IMG/VR virus record: IMGVR_UViG_3300020419_000004
DNA from: a virus
Strand: one strand, 5' to 3'
DNA: 64,000 nt
In this document: one piece after another, positions 29,765 through 39,038 of the stretch
Position numbering within the stretch: the stretch's first letter is position 1
Layout: every line of letters begins with the position of its first letter
Made by a program: the position numbers and the translations under genes
The notes under the pieces: model-generated
What the model was told of the DNA's origin: nothing
What the model saw: the letters and a program-made list of their open reading frames with translations, nothing else
Database searches by the model: none

Positions 29765-30383
29765 TATAGAAGTTCTTACCGAAGACAAAGACGGTAAGAA
29801 GTCAACTTATATCAAAGGTATCTTCCTACAGACTGAGATCACCAACCGTAATGGTAGAATGTACAAGTTCGATACCATGAACCGTGAGGTGGGAAAGTAC
29901 AACGAAGAGTTCATCCAACGCGGGAGAGCACTTGGTGAGTTAGGTCATCCAGAAGGTCCTACCGTTAACTTAGATCGTGTTTCACACAAGATCGTTGAAC
30001 TTTACCCTGAAGGTAGAAACTTCATAGGTAAGGCAAAGTTGTTAGAAACCCCTATGGGTAAGATCGCAAAGAACTTGCTTGAGGAAGGGGTACAACTCGG
30101 TGTTTCTTCACGCGGGTTAGGTTCTCTTAAAAAAGAGGGCACAACCAGTATAGTCGCCGATGACTTCATTCTTTCTACTGCTGCTGATATAGTAGCAGAC
30201 CCCTCCGCACCTGATGCTTTTGTTGAAGGTATTATGGAAGGTAAAGAATGGGCTTTAGTCGATGGTAAGATTAAAGAAGCACAAATCGAGGCTATCAAGG
30301 CATCCCTTGATAATGCACCCTCACCCCAAGAACTTGCTGAGAGGAAGGTCGCCGCGTTCGACGCATTTCTCAGAAGTTTGTGA
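29733..30383 (+). CDS. gp21: Prohead protease gp21
   Basis: MMRLITE start at 29733, NRNGRMY, ALGELGHP, GVSSRGLGS, DIVADPSAPDAFV.GIME. Confidence 0.95.
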   Translation: MMRLITEQNNDIEVLTEDKDGKKSTYIKGIFLQTEITNRNGRMYKFDTMNREVGKYNEEFIQRGRALGELGHPEGPTVNLDRVSHKIVELYPEGRNFIGKAKLLETPMGKIAKNLLEEGVQLGVSSRGLGSLKKEGTTSIVADDFILSTAADIVADPSAPDAFVEGIMEGKEWALVDGKIKEAQIEAIKASLDNAPSPQELAERKVAAFDAFLRSL

Positions 30384-30385
30384 TT

Positions 30386-30393
30386 TATAAATA
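30386..30393 (+). promoter_or_regulatory. Late promoter (TATAAATA) for gp22/gp23
   Basis: Exact T4 late consensus. Confidence 0.8.
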
Positions 30394-30440
30394 AATTATA
30401 GATTTATACACTAGTTTAAAATCCCGTAGGAGTACAAGTA

Positions 30441-31499
30441 ATGTCTACTATTGATGAAAAATTCCAAAAGGTGATCGCTGACAAGAAAGCATCTCCTGAA
30501 GGAACTATTAAGGAAGACGCAGCAGTTGGCGACGCAGCCATCAAAAAAGGTGCGGTTCCAGCACAACAATCTGACCTTAAGAACGATGCTATTGAAGTAG
30601 GCGGTTCTACAAAGGAGAAACCAGAAGGACCTGACAACGTAGGTGCGAAAGCAGCTGCTCCTGTGGGTGCTACAAAAGATTCTACACTCAAGACGAAGCC
30701 AAGTGGAGCTTCATCAGCAATGCCTGGTGGACTTTCTGCTAAGATCTTTGATGATGTAGAGAAAGAAGGAGAGACAATCTCCGAAGAAGGAGTCAACGAA
30801 GACATCAAGGCAATACTGTCTGGTGCGGATCTTGACGAAGAATTCACTAAGAAAGCAACAACTGTATTTGAAGCTGCTGTATCTGCAAAGGTATCAGACA
30901 AAGTTGAAGCACTTAAGGAAACTGCAGAACGCAGGATTGGCGAAGAACTCGAAGGAATTAAAGAGGAATTTGCTGGTCGTATAGAGAATTTCCTCTCATA
31001 TGCTTGTGAAGAGTGGATGACTGAGAACGAACTTGCTATCGAAGCAGGTCTACGTGCTGAAGTCACCGAAGCATTTATGGGTGGATTAAAGAATTTGTTC
31101 ATTGAAAGCAACATCAATCTTCCAGACGAGAGTCTAGATGCGGTTGCAGACATGAGCAATAAATTAGATGAAATGGAGACCCGACTCAACGATCAAGTTG
31201 AGAAAAACATTGGACTGCATGAGAAGGTAGCAACCTACAGAAAGAATGAGATTTTGACAGAACTATCCAGAGGACTTGCAGAAGTTCAGAAGGATAAGTT
31301 TACCTCTCTAGCTGAAGCAGTCGAATTCAAAAACGAAGAGTCGTATCGTGAAAAGCTTGGACAAATCAAAGAGAGTTACTTCGGAGCGAAAGCACCTGAG
31401 GTAGCAGAAGAAATCTCTTCTGAAGAACCCAAAGCTAAAGTTGAAGCCATTAGCGAAAGCATGTCTTCGTATGTCGAACAGCTAGCTAAAAGGCTATAA
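30441..31499 (+). CDS. gp22: Prohead core scaffold protein gp22
   Basis: Acidic coiled coil, TVFEAAV, EEWMTENELAIE.GLR, FM.GLK.LF; lies between gp21 and gp23. Confidence 0.92.
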   Translation: MSTIDEKFQKVIADKKASPEGTIKEDAAVGDAAIKKGAVPAQQSDLKNDAIEVGGSTKEKPEGPDNVGAKAAAPVGATKDSTLKTKPSGASSAMPGGLSAKIFDDVEKEGETISEEGVNEDIKAILSGADLDEEFTKKATTVFEAAVSAKVSDKVEALKETAERRIGEELEGIKEEFAGRIENFLSYACEEWMTENELAIEAGLRAEVTEAFMGGLKNLFIESNINLPDESLDAVADMSNKLDEMETRLNDQVEKNIGLHEKVATYRKNEILTELSRGLAEVQKDKFTSLAEAVEFKNEESYREKLGQIKESYFGAKAPEVAEEISSEEPKAKVEAISESMSSYVEQLAKRL

Positions 31500-31538
31500 C
31501 GACTGTAAACACTAACTCAAGAACGGAGTAAATCTAGC

Positions 31539-32909
31539 ATGTTTAATGCAGAAAATCTCCAAGAGAAGTGGGCACCAGTACTTAACCATGATGGTCTTCC
31601 TGAAATCAAGGACAACTATCGTAAGTCTGTTACCGCAATTCTCTTGGAAAACCAAGAGCGTGCTCTACAAGAAGAGCGTAACGTTCTAACAGAGGCACCA
31701 ACAAACGTTGGTCCTATCAACACACAGACAACTGGAGCAGGTGCTGTATATGGTTTCGACCCTATACTTATCAGCTTAATCCGTCGTGCTATGCCTAAGC
31801 TTATTGCTTATGACATCGCAGGCGTACAACCTATGTCTGGTCCTACTGGTCTTATCTTCGCGATGAGAAGTAGATATACAAATCAAACTGGTAACGAAGC
31901 ATTCTTCGATGAGCCAGATGCACAGTTCTCTGGTACTAAAGGTGGAACTCCTCCTACAGCTACTACTGAGAAGAACCCAGGTCTTATCAACGACGCTTCT
32001 GGTGGTGGTACAACTGCTACTAACTATGACCTTGCTTCAAGCAAGTTCGGTACAAGCGATCTAGAAGGACTAGGAGATGGTCAAGCATCTAACGCATTCA
32101 TGGAAATGGCGTTTAGCATCGACAGAATTGCTGTTGAAGCTAAAGGTAGAGCGTTAAGAGCAGACTACTCAGTTGAACTAGCACAAGACTTGAAAGCAAT
32201 CCACGGATTAGATGCCGAGTCTGAACTAGCAAACATTCTTTCAACAGAGATACTTGCTGAAATCAACCGTGAGGTTGTTCGTACTGTATACAGGGGTGCA
32301 AAACCTGGTGCTCAAGCAAACGTAGCTAACGCTGGTGTGTTTGACTTAGACGTAGACAGTAATGGTAGATGGTCAGTTGAGAAATTCAAGGGACTATTAT
32401 TCCAGATCGAAAGAGATGCCAACGCAATCGCACAGGAAACTCGTAGAGGGAAGGGTAACATCATCATCACTAGTGCTGATGTAGCTTCTGCTCTTGCTAT
32501 GAGTGGTGTTCTTGATTACGATTCAGGTATCAATGGTGCTGTTGGTGGTATCGGCGAAGTCGATGACACAGGTAACACTTTCGTTGGTACATTGAACGGA
32601 CGTTTCAAAGTATACATCGACCCTTATTCAGCTAACGTTAGTTCTGATCAGTACTACGTTGTTGGATACAAAGGTTCTAATGCATACGATGCAGGACTAT
32701 TCTACTGTCCTTACGTTCCTCTCCAAATGTACAGAGCGATCGGTCAGGATTCATTCCAACCACGTATCGGGTTTAAGACTCGTTACGGAATGGTTCTTAA
32801 CCCATTTGCTAAGGGACTCGCTGCTTTATCTGATTCAGATCCACAAGCTGCTGGTAACTTAAACGCTAACGCTTACTACAGAAGAGTAAAGGTTGCAAAC
32901 CTAATGTAA
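31539..32909 (+). CDS. gp23: Major capsid protein gp23
   Basis: LIRRAMP, GVQPMSGPTGLIFAMR, ELAQDLKAIHGLDAE.EL, GLFYCPYVPL, FQPRIGFKTRYG. Confidence 0.98.
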   Translation: MFNAENLQEKWAPVLNHDGLPEIKDNYRKSVTAILLENQERALQEERNVLTEAPTNVGPINTQTTGAGAVYGFDPILISLIRRAMPKLIAYDIAGVQPMSGPTGLIFAMRSRYTNQTGNEAFFDEPDAQFSGTKGGTPPTATTEKNPGLINDASGGGTTATNYDLASSKFGTSDLEGLGDGQASNAFMEMAFSIDRIAVEAKGRALRADYSVELAQDLKAIHGLDAESELANILSTEILAEINREVVRTVYRGAKPGAQANVANAGVFDLDVDSNGRWSVEKFKGLLFQIERDANAIAQETRRGKGNIIITSADVASALAMSGVLDYDSGINGAVGGIGEVDDTGNTFVGTLNGRFKVYIDPYSANVSSDQYYVVGYKGSNAYDAGLFYCPYVPLQMYRAIGQDSFQPRIGFKTRYGMVLNPFAKGLAALSDSDPQAAGNLNANAYYRRVKVANLM

Positions 32910-32932
32910 ACTTCGTGTTACATACACCTCAG

Positions 32933-32958
32933 AGAGACCCTAAGGGGTCTCTTTTTTT
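32933..32958 (+). terminator. Rho-independent terminator after gp23
   Basis: AGAGACCC-TAAG-GGGTCTCT followed by a T run. Confidence 0.85.
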
Positions 32959-32997
32959 GTCTAGGTATAAACTCGTAGGCATTTCTTTTTGTTAAAT

Positions 32998-33013
32998 TGT
33001 AACCGTAAATACA
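32998..33013 (+). promoter_or_regulatory. NtcA-type binding site
   Basis: TGTA-ACCGTAAA-TACA matches the cyanobacterial consensus (T)GTA-N8-TAC(A), about 45 bp upstream of ATG 33058. Confidence 0.6.
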
Positions 33014-33057
33014 GTGTGGATTTGCATACATAATAGTAGACTTAGCGAGGAACATTA

Positions 33058-33222
33058 ATGCACAATCTAGTAAGTAAAAATCAATTGAGTGGTTGGAGTG
33101 TAAGTGTCGATAACAACAGTAATAAAGAATTAAACCAGATCGACGATTACTTTGACTGCCTAATAGAGTGTACAGACTTACCGAATTCGTGTCGAAGAAT
33201 ATGCAAAGTCATGTTGGAGTAA
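33058..33222 (+). CDS. 54-aa four-cysteine small protein (not in ORF track)
   Basis: MHNLVSKNQLSGW...DDYFDCLIECTDLPNSCRRICKVMLE*; GAGG RBS at 33047-33050; own terminator downstream. Confidence 0.7.
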   Translation: MHNLVSKNQLSGWSVSVDNNSNKELNQIDDYFDCLIECTDLPNSCRRICKVMLE

Positions 33223-33248
33223 CCCCATGCACTAAAAACTTAATTGAA

Positions 33249-33278
33249 AGGGGTCTAAATAATTAGACCTCTTTTTTT
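33249..33278 (+). terminator. Terminator hairpin with a late promoter (CTAAATA, 33255-33261) inside it
   Basis: AGGGGTCTA-AATAAT-TAGACCTCT followed by a T run. Confidence 0.65.
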
Positions 33279-33282
33279 ATGC

Positions 33283-33888
33283 ATGGATGCCATCACAGGT
33301 TTCGTTGATGAGTATTTGAATACGTTCGATCCTCGCGAGATAGCTAAACCAGAAGGTTGGAATAGAAATTTCTTTGGTGTACCTAACTTTCATAGGAAGG
33401 TTATGTACAAGGAAGGACAGTACCAAGTTGAATGCTTAAACTGGCCACCACATGCTATCATACCTGAGCATAGACACCCAGATATAGATTCGTATGAAGT
33501 GTACATACGTGGTAAGATAAGTTTTAGTCATGGTGGGTATTGGATAGACAGTCACCCAGAGCAAGAGAAGATATGTAAGATGCGATCTGATTTCTTTACC
33601 CTCAAGGTATACCATGATGATATACATGGTGCATTCATGGGTGATGGTAGATCTATATTCATGTCAGTACAGCACTGGCAGAACGGTGTCACACCTAGTA
33701 CAGTGGGTGAGAACTATGTCGGTGAGTATAACATTGATGATGTAGAAGGGCAGAGTAGCAGAGGTAAGAACGCTGAGTTGTCATGGATAGATGCTGCACA
33801 TAACGAAACTAACAAACCAGACTTTAAAGATTTTCGATTTCAAATCCACGATAAGATCAGAGATCCAGACGTTTTCTGGCTTGGATAA
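33283..33888 (+). CDS. Cupin-fold protein
   Basis: IPEH63RH65P...YE72...G motif 1 and later H111/H115, as in metal-binding cupins. Confidence 0.55.
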   Translation: MDAITGFVDEYLNTFDPREIAKPEGWNRNFFGVPNFHRKVMYKEGQYQVECLNWPPHAIIPEHRHPDIDSYEVYIRGKISFSHGGYWIDSHPEQEKICKMRSDFFTLKVYHDDIHGAFMGDGRSIFMSVQHWQNGVTPSTVGENYVGEYNIDDVEGQSSRGKNAELSWIDAAHNETNKPDFKDFRFQIHDKIRDPDVFWLG

Positions 33889-33914
33889 ATACTACTGGAG
33901 ACCTGCGTGAACTA

Positions 33915-34466
33915 ATGGAACCAAATCTTTTTTCTCCCTCTAATCAAAATTTTCTATCACCAATAGGTTTTAAATTTATTATTGGTAGGACACCTAACGT
34001 AGACTATTTTTGTCAGTCTGCTGCTGTACCTCAAGTAGAGATAGGTGTAAGGGAGATATCAACACCAGTCAAAGACTACTCACTACCTGGCGATAAGATG
34101 ACCTTTGGTGATCTAAACCTCAGGTTCTTAGTCAATGAAGACTTGGACAATTACTATGAAATCTACAAGTGGCTTAAGGGTCTTACTAACCCTTTACATC
34201 AAAAGAATTTTCAGAAGTACCTTGCTAGTGTAGACGAGAAGGGTAGACCTGAGGAGTTCGATAAGATGATGAGTGATGCTCGTTTACTTATTTTAAACAG
34301 CAACTACCAAAGCATCTCTACCGTAAACTTCTTTAACATCTTCCCAACATCGTTGACAACACTAGAGTTTGACTCATCAGCAACTGATGTCAACTACCTC
34401 ACGGCCGACGTTAATTTCAAGTATACTCTGTATGAGATAACGGATAAGAATAATAATAAAGTATGA
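33915..34466 (+). CDS. gp3: Tail completion / sheath stabiliser gp3
   Basis: NFLSPIGFKF, FCQSA..P, PGDK.TFGDL.LRFLVNEDL.NY.EIY.WL; late promoter ATAAATA at 33885-33891. Confidence 0.88.
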   Translation: MEPNLFSPSNQNFLSPIGFKFIIGRTPNVDYFCQSAAVPQVEIGVREISTPVKDYSLPGDKMTFGDLNLRFLVNEDLDNYYEIYKWLKGLTNPLHQKNFQKYLASVDEKGRPEEFDKMMSDARLLILNSNYQSISTVNFFNIFPTSLTTLEFDSSATDVNYLTADVNFKYTLYEITDKNNNKV

Positions 34467-34876
34467 ACCTAGACACTTTGAATGACATGTGGGAGAAGGA
34501 CTCACAACTAAATGATGAAAAATTAGATCATGACAGTTTAGCAATCCCCAAGTTACATGCTAAATATTTAAGACTTTACAACTCCTTTAATACCTTAAAG
34601 GATCAACAGGAGATGGAAGTCAAACGCACCTATAAGAATAGGTGGGAGTACTATACTGGCAAAGCGGAGAAACCATTTCCTTTAAAACTCATCAAGACAG
34701 ATGTCCCAATATATCTGGAAGCTGATGAAGTATACAATAAGTCCGTTCTTAAACTGAAGTACTATAACCAGATGGTTGAGGCATTGAAAGCTATTATGCA
34801 GGCGATCAATAACCGATCCTTCTATATTAAGAATGCGATAGAGTTCGCTAAGTTCCTGAAAGGTTATGAAATCTAA
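34463..34876 (+). CDS. uvsY: Recombination mediator UvsY
   Basis: DS...IPKLHAKY, WEYYTGKA, INNRSF.IKNAIEF; lies between gp3 and uvsW. Confidence 0.9.
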   Translation: MNLDTLNDMWEKDSQLNDEKLDHDSLAIPKLHAKYLRLYNSFNTLKDQQEMEVKRTYKNRWEYYTGKAEKPFPLKLIKTDVPIYLEADEVYNKSVLKLKYYNQMVEALKAIMQAINNRSFYIKNAIEFAKFLKGYEI

Positions 34877-36335
34877 TGTCTACATTCAGAAGAAGAACGA
34901 AGTATATCTTACTGTAGAGTGTGAACCTCATGTAGGTTACGAGCTAGCAGATCAGTTTACTTTCGAGGTGCCTCAAGCCAAGTTCATGTCAGCGTACAAG
35001 AAAAGGTATTGGGATGGAAAAATCAAACTATTCTCCCCAGGTACAGGCGAGATTTATGTTGGCCTTCTCCCTTACATTACTTCGTTTTGCGAAGAGAAGG
35101 GGTATGAAGTTATCCATAGGGACAACGAATTTTATGGACTTCCATCAGAAGTGGATGAATTCGTTACTCCCCAAGGAATAGGTGATTGGGTAAAGACCCT
35201 TAACCTACCACATAAGGTCAGAGACTACCAGTACAAGGGTATATACGAAGCACTACGTAACAAACGTAAGCTACTACTATCACCTACAGGCAGTGGTAAG
35301 TCTCTAATGATCTATGCTCTGTCTAGGTTCTGGGCAGCAAAGAATTTACAAACACTCATAGTAGTTCCTACGACATCTCTGGTAGAGCAGATGTACAAAG
35401 ACTTTGAGGACTATGGGTGGAATGCAAAGGAGCACTGCCATAAAGTATATGCAGGTAATGATCCTAGGTCTGACAAAGACGTGATAATTACCACATGGCA
35501 GTCAGTATACAAGCTACCAAAAGTTTACTTTGAGAATTTTGGTGCTATAATAGGAGATGAAGCACACCTGTTTAAGGCAAAATCCTTAACCAGTATCATG
35601 AATAAGCTCTATGATTGTAAGTATCGTGTAGGGTTTACTGGTACTTTAGATGGTACTGAGACAAATCGCTTGGTACTCGAAGGTGTATTTGGTAGTGTAG
35701 ATAAGATAACTAAGACAGAAACCCTTATTAAAAAGGGTCATCTCTCTGAGTTTGAAATCAAAGTACTCATCCTTAAGCATGATAAGAGGACTTTTGACAC
35801 ATACCAAGAGGAGATGGACTACCTCGTTGACCACCAAGGTCGCAGTAAGTTCATTCGCAACCTAGTTTGTGACCTGTCTGGTAACACTCTCGTCCTGTTC
35901 AACTACGTTGAACGGCATGGTATGCCCCTTTTTGATCTCATAAATAATAAGGTAGGAGAAGATCGCTTAGTCTTTTTAGTCCACGGTGGGGTCGATACAG
36001 AGGATAGAGAGAAGGCAAGAGGGATTGCTGAGACTACACATGATAGTATTATAGTGGCATCGTATGGGACTTTTAGCACTGGGATTAATATTCGGAACTT
36101 ACATAACGTTGTCTTTGCTTCGCCATCAAAATCGAAGATCAGGAACCTCCAGTCGATCGGTAGGGTCTTGAGAAAAGGAGACCACAAGACGAAAGCAGTT
36201 CTATACGACATAGCAGATGACATCTCAACTGCCACCCAAAGAAACTACACTTTAAATCATTTAACAGAACGTGTTAAAATATATAATGAAGAAAATTTTA
36301 ACTATGAATTCATTGATGTCCGAATCAGAGACTAA
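34866..36335 (+). CDS. uvsW: SF2 helicase UvsW
   Basis: WDGKIKLF, RDYQ, SPTGSGKS, GDEAH, STGINI, QSIGRVLR. Confidence 0.96.
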   Translation: MKSNVYIQKKNEVYLTVECEPHVGYELADQFTFEVPQAKFMSAYKKRYWDGKIKLFSPGTGEIYVGLLPYITSFCEEKGYEVIHRDNEFYGLPSEVDEFVTPQGIGDWVKTLNLPHKVRDYQYKGIYEALRNKRKLLLSPTGSGKSLMIYALSRFWAAKNLQTLIVVPTTSLVEQMYKDFEDYGWNAKEHCHKVYAGNDPRSDKDVIITTWQSVYKLPKVYFENFGAIIGDEAHLFKAKSLTSIMNKLYDCKYRVGFTGTLDGTETNRLVLEGVFGSVDKITKTETLIKKGHLSEFEIKVLILKHDKRTFDTYQEEMDYLVDHQGRSKFIRNLVCDLSGNTLVLFNYVERHGMPLFDLINNKVGEDRLVFLVHGGVDTEDREKARGIAETTHDSIIVASYGTFSTGINIRNLHNVVFASPSKSKIRNLQSIGRVLRKGDHKTKAVLYDIADDISTATQRNYTLNHLTERVKIYNEENFNYEFIDVRIRD

Positions 36336-36336
36336 C

Positions 36337-36717
36337 ATGGAAGAACAAAAGAAGGTCGAATTCCTCGCAGCAATCAAATTGGTATCAGGAGAAGAAATTC
36401 TTGCAGTGACTGAGCATGTACATGATGAGAATGGGGATTACATGATAGTACAAAACCCTATCGAGATCGAAGAAGTCGTCTTGACAGGGAATAAAGCAGG
36501 TGCAAAGGTGTCGCCTTGGATGAAATTTTCACGCGAGGAGGAATTTCTCATCCCTAAGGATAAGGTAATTACCGTGGTAGAAGTTGATACAGAGGTTCAG
36601 ATATTCTATGCCATGTCTCTAAGGAGACTCAATGGTGATACTATATCAGATGCTTCTGGTAGACTGTCTACTGTAGAGGAAGCTCGTATTAAACTGGATA
36701 ATATATTCAATAGCTAA
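36337..36717 (+). CDS. Conserved hypothetical protein (Sm-like fold predicted)
   Basis: IKLVSGEEILA...NPI...PWM...F.I..DKVITV pattern; real start is ATG 36337. Confidence 0.6.
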   Translation: MEEQKKVEFLAAIKLVSGEEILAVTEHVHDENGDYMIVQNPIEIEEVVLTGNKAGAKVSPWMKFSREEEFLIPKDKVITVVEVDTEVQIFYAMSLRRLNGDTISDASGRLSTVEEARIKLDNIFNS

Positions 36718-36779
36718 AGCATCCCTTGAACTCGCACACTCGTAGTGTACACAAAAATGAAACACTTGTCAAGCCCCCC

Positions 36780-36808
36780 TTGCTATTTGGGTCAAAATGG
36801 TATACAAT
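36780..36808 (+). promoter_or_regulatory. Sigma70-type promoter for gp55
   Basis: TTGCTA-N17-TACAAT upstream of the AAGGAG RBS and ATG 36830. Confidence 0.6.
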
Positions 36809-36829
36809 GTATACATAAGGAGATATAAT

Positions 36830-37303
36830 ATGGCCGTCAGAAGGAAGGTACAGAGTGAGCATTACGTAAACAATAAAGAGTTCCTTGAAGCACTCATTGT
36901 TTTTAAGGACAAGTGTGCTGTTGCAAAGGAGAAGGGCGAACAGCGTCCTCAAATCAGCAACTACATTGGAGGATGTTTTTTAAAGATCGCTACACACCTA
37001 TCATACAAACCAAACTTTGTCAACTACATGTTCCGTGAGGACATGATCTGTGATGGCATTGAAAACTGTGTACAATACATAGAGAACTTTAATCCAGAGA
37101 AATCTAAGAACCCCTTTGCTTACTTCACTCAGATCATTTACTATGCCTTCCTAAGACGCATACAGAAAGAGAAGAGACAGTTGGAGATAAAGAACAAGAT
37201 ACTAACTAAGTCAGGATACGATCAGGTCTTCCATACGGATGACAAGACAGCACATTCAGACTATAATACCATTAAGGAGAACGTAGAAATAAGAATTAAG
37301 TGA
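36830..37303 (+). CDS. gp55: Late transcription sigma factor gp55
   Basis: HYVNNKEF, KIATHLSYKPNFVNY, DGIENC, NPFAYFTQI..AFLRRIQKEK. Confidence 0.96.
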   Translation: MAVRRKVQSEHYVNNKEFLEALIVFKDKCAVAKEKGEQRPQISNYIGGCFLKIATHLSYKPNFVNYMFREDMICDGIENCVQYIENFNPEKSKNPFAYFTQIIYYAFLRRIQKEKRQLEIKNKILTKSGYDQVFHTDDKTAHSDYNTIKENVEIRIK

Positions 37304-37953
37304 CATATCCAATTGTAATTGTTGATGATTTCTTTGAGGATCCTGATGCCATTGTAGCAATGGCTAATGAACTAAAGTACTATCCACCTGACCGTGGTAA
37401 CTGGCCAGGTGAAAGAACTAAGCTCCTTCACCTAGTGAACGAGAGGTTTTTTAATTACTTCGGTGAGAAGTTACATCTCCTTTTCTACGAGAACGTACCT
37501 GAGTACTGGAATATGCAACTGCATTTTCAGAAGATACAACCATTTTCAGAAGACCAGTACAGTCCACTTAATAGAGGATGGGTTCATCAAGACATTGATA
37601 CACACTACGGTGGTATAGTATACTTGACAAAAGATCCTGATCCAGACACAGGAACGTCACTTTATAAAGCAAAGAATGGGTATGGATGGCAATACCCTAA
37701 AGAAATTAAGATGAAGGAAGCTCACTATAGAGGTGAGGATATAGATGTGGAAGAATATAAAGCAGCATGGGAGAATGCACATCAACAGTACGAGGAGTCT
37801 GTGATGGTAACGAATGTTTATAATAGATTTGTCCTGTTCAATAACAAGACCCACCATGGTGTTAAGACATTTGGCACTAAGGAACGTCTAACTTTAAACT
37901 TTTTTGGTATGGGGATGACAGGTAAGATCCCACCACTACAGAGGTCGAGATGA
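37300..37953 (+). CDS. 2OG-Fe(II) oxygenase (DUF6445-like)
   Basis: IVIVDDFFEDP, WPGERT, VHQD (H-x-D), NVYNRFVLF...HHG, RLT. Confidence 0.78.
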   Translation: MTYPIVIVDDFFEDPDAIVAMANELKYYPPDRGNWPGERTKLLHLVNERFFNYFGEKLHLLFYENVPEYWNMQLHFQKIQPFSEDQYSPLNRGWVHQDIDTHYGGIVYLTKDPDPDTGTSLYKAKNGYGWQYPKEIKMKEAHYRGEDIDVEEYKAAWENAHQQYEESVMVTNVYNRFVLFNNKTHHGVKTFGTKERLTLNFFGMGMTGKIPPLQRSR

Positions 37954-39038
37954 GATATCCAGGATTAATAACAGGTCCCCAAAAAAACGTGGGCGAGCAA
38001 GAGTATGGTTGGGACTATGGAAGAATGTCCATAGATGGTAAGAAGTCCATAGACCCTATGTTAAATCTTGGTTGCTATACATTAGGGTATGGTCGTATGG
38101 AGATCATGAACTATGTGCATAATAATATGTGCATTAAACCAGAGGTAGCTGAGAACTTCTTTGATGCTCAACCTATTAAGTTGAACAATGCTACATGGAA
38201 ACTAGCAAAGATGCTCAAGGGTATTACAGGATATAGAAGTATATTCTCCTTGAGTGGTAGTGACGCAATGGAAGGAGCAGTCAAACTTGCTAGTGCATAT
38301 CAGAAGCAAATAGGTCAACCTCAACGTAATGGTATAGTTACATTTAAAGATAGTTACCATGGATCAACTCTGCTCACTCAGAGTATGGGTGATAGTATGT
38401 TAAATGATCCATATACCATGAAACCATATCAGCATATACTAAGACTACCAGTTGACTTCTATGTGGATCATTACAACTGGGATAATGTTATGTGTGTAGT
38501 GGTAGAGAGTTGTCCCTATGCCAATGGCATCAAACCTCATAGTGAAAGGTTCTGGAATAATATCTTACAGATACAGAAGAAGGGTGTTGTACTAATAGTA
38601 GATGACATCATGACAGGAGGAGGGAAGACAGGTAACTTTGTGGGATGGAAGAAACTCCCAATTGAACCTGACATCTTCACAATGGGTAAAGCAATCACAG
38701 GAGGATACTTCCCATTAAGTATTGCATTATATAATGACACGATACATGACGCACTACCTAGAAGGTTTGAGTGGGAGCATGGATTTACTTACAGTTTCAG
38801 TTTACCAGGTATCTTAAGTTGTCTTGCATACATTAAAATCTTAGAAGATGAACTCCTTATGAAGAAGCATAGAGACATAGTAGTAAGGGCGGTTGACCTA
38901 TTCCAAAACTTAGGGTATACTGTGAAAGGACAGTTTGGAACCATAATTGAGATTGAACGTGAACACAGAGGAATGTATACCATTCCCATTGATGCAACTG
39001 AAGAGTACTACGATGTACTGGAGCAACAACTAAAGTGA
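37950..39038 (+). CDS. PLP-dependent class III aminotransferase
   Basis: SGSDAMEGAVKLA, SYHGST, VD218DIMTGGGKTG, PDIFTMGK247AITGGYFPLS (Schiff-base Lys), HGFTYS. Confidence 0.85.
   Translation: MRYPGLITGPQKNVGEQEYGWDYGRMSIDGKKSIDPMLNLGCYTLGYGRMEIMNYVHNNMCIKPEVAENFFDAQPIKLNNATWKLAKMLKGITGYRSIFSLSGSDAMEGAVKLASAYQKQIGQPQRNGIVTFKDSYHGSTLLTQSMGDSMLNDPYTMKPYQHILRLPVDFYVDHYNWDNVMCVVVESCPYANGIKPHSERFWNNILQIQKKGVVLIVDDIMTGGGKTGNFVGWKKLPIEPDIFTMGKAITGGYFPLSIALYNDTIHDALPRRFEWEHGFTYSFSLPGILSCLAYIKILEDELLMKKHRDIVVRAVDLFQNLGYTVKGQFGTIIEIEREHRGMYTIPIDATEEYYDVLEQQLK

Noticed and set aside
31515-31529. SD-occluding hairpin upstream of gp23 (ACTC...GAGT)
   Set aside because: Only four base pairs with a 7-nt loop; too weak to distinguish from chance.
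33058-33222. 54-aa Cys protein as CP12
   Set aside because: Lacks the CP12 C-terminal C-x8-C loop and the core AWD.VEEL-like or HP..H.PT motifs.
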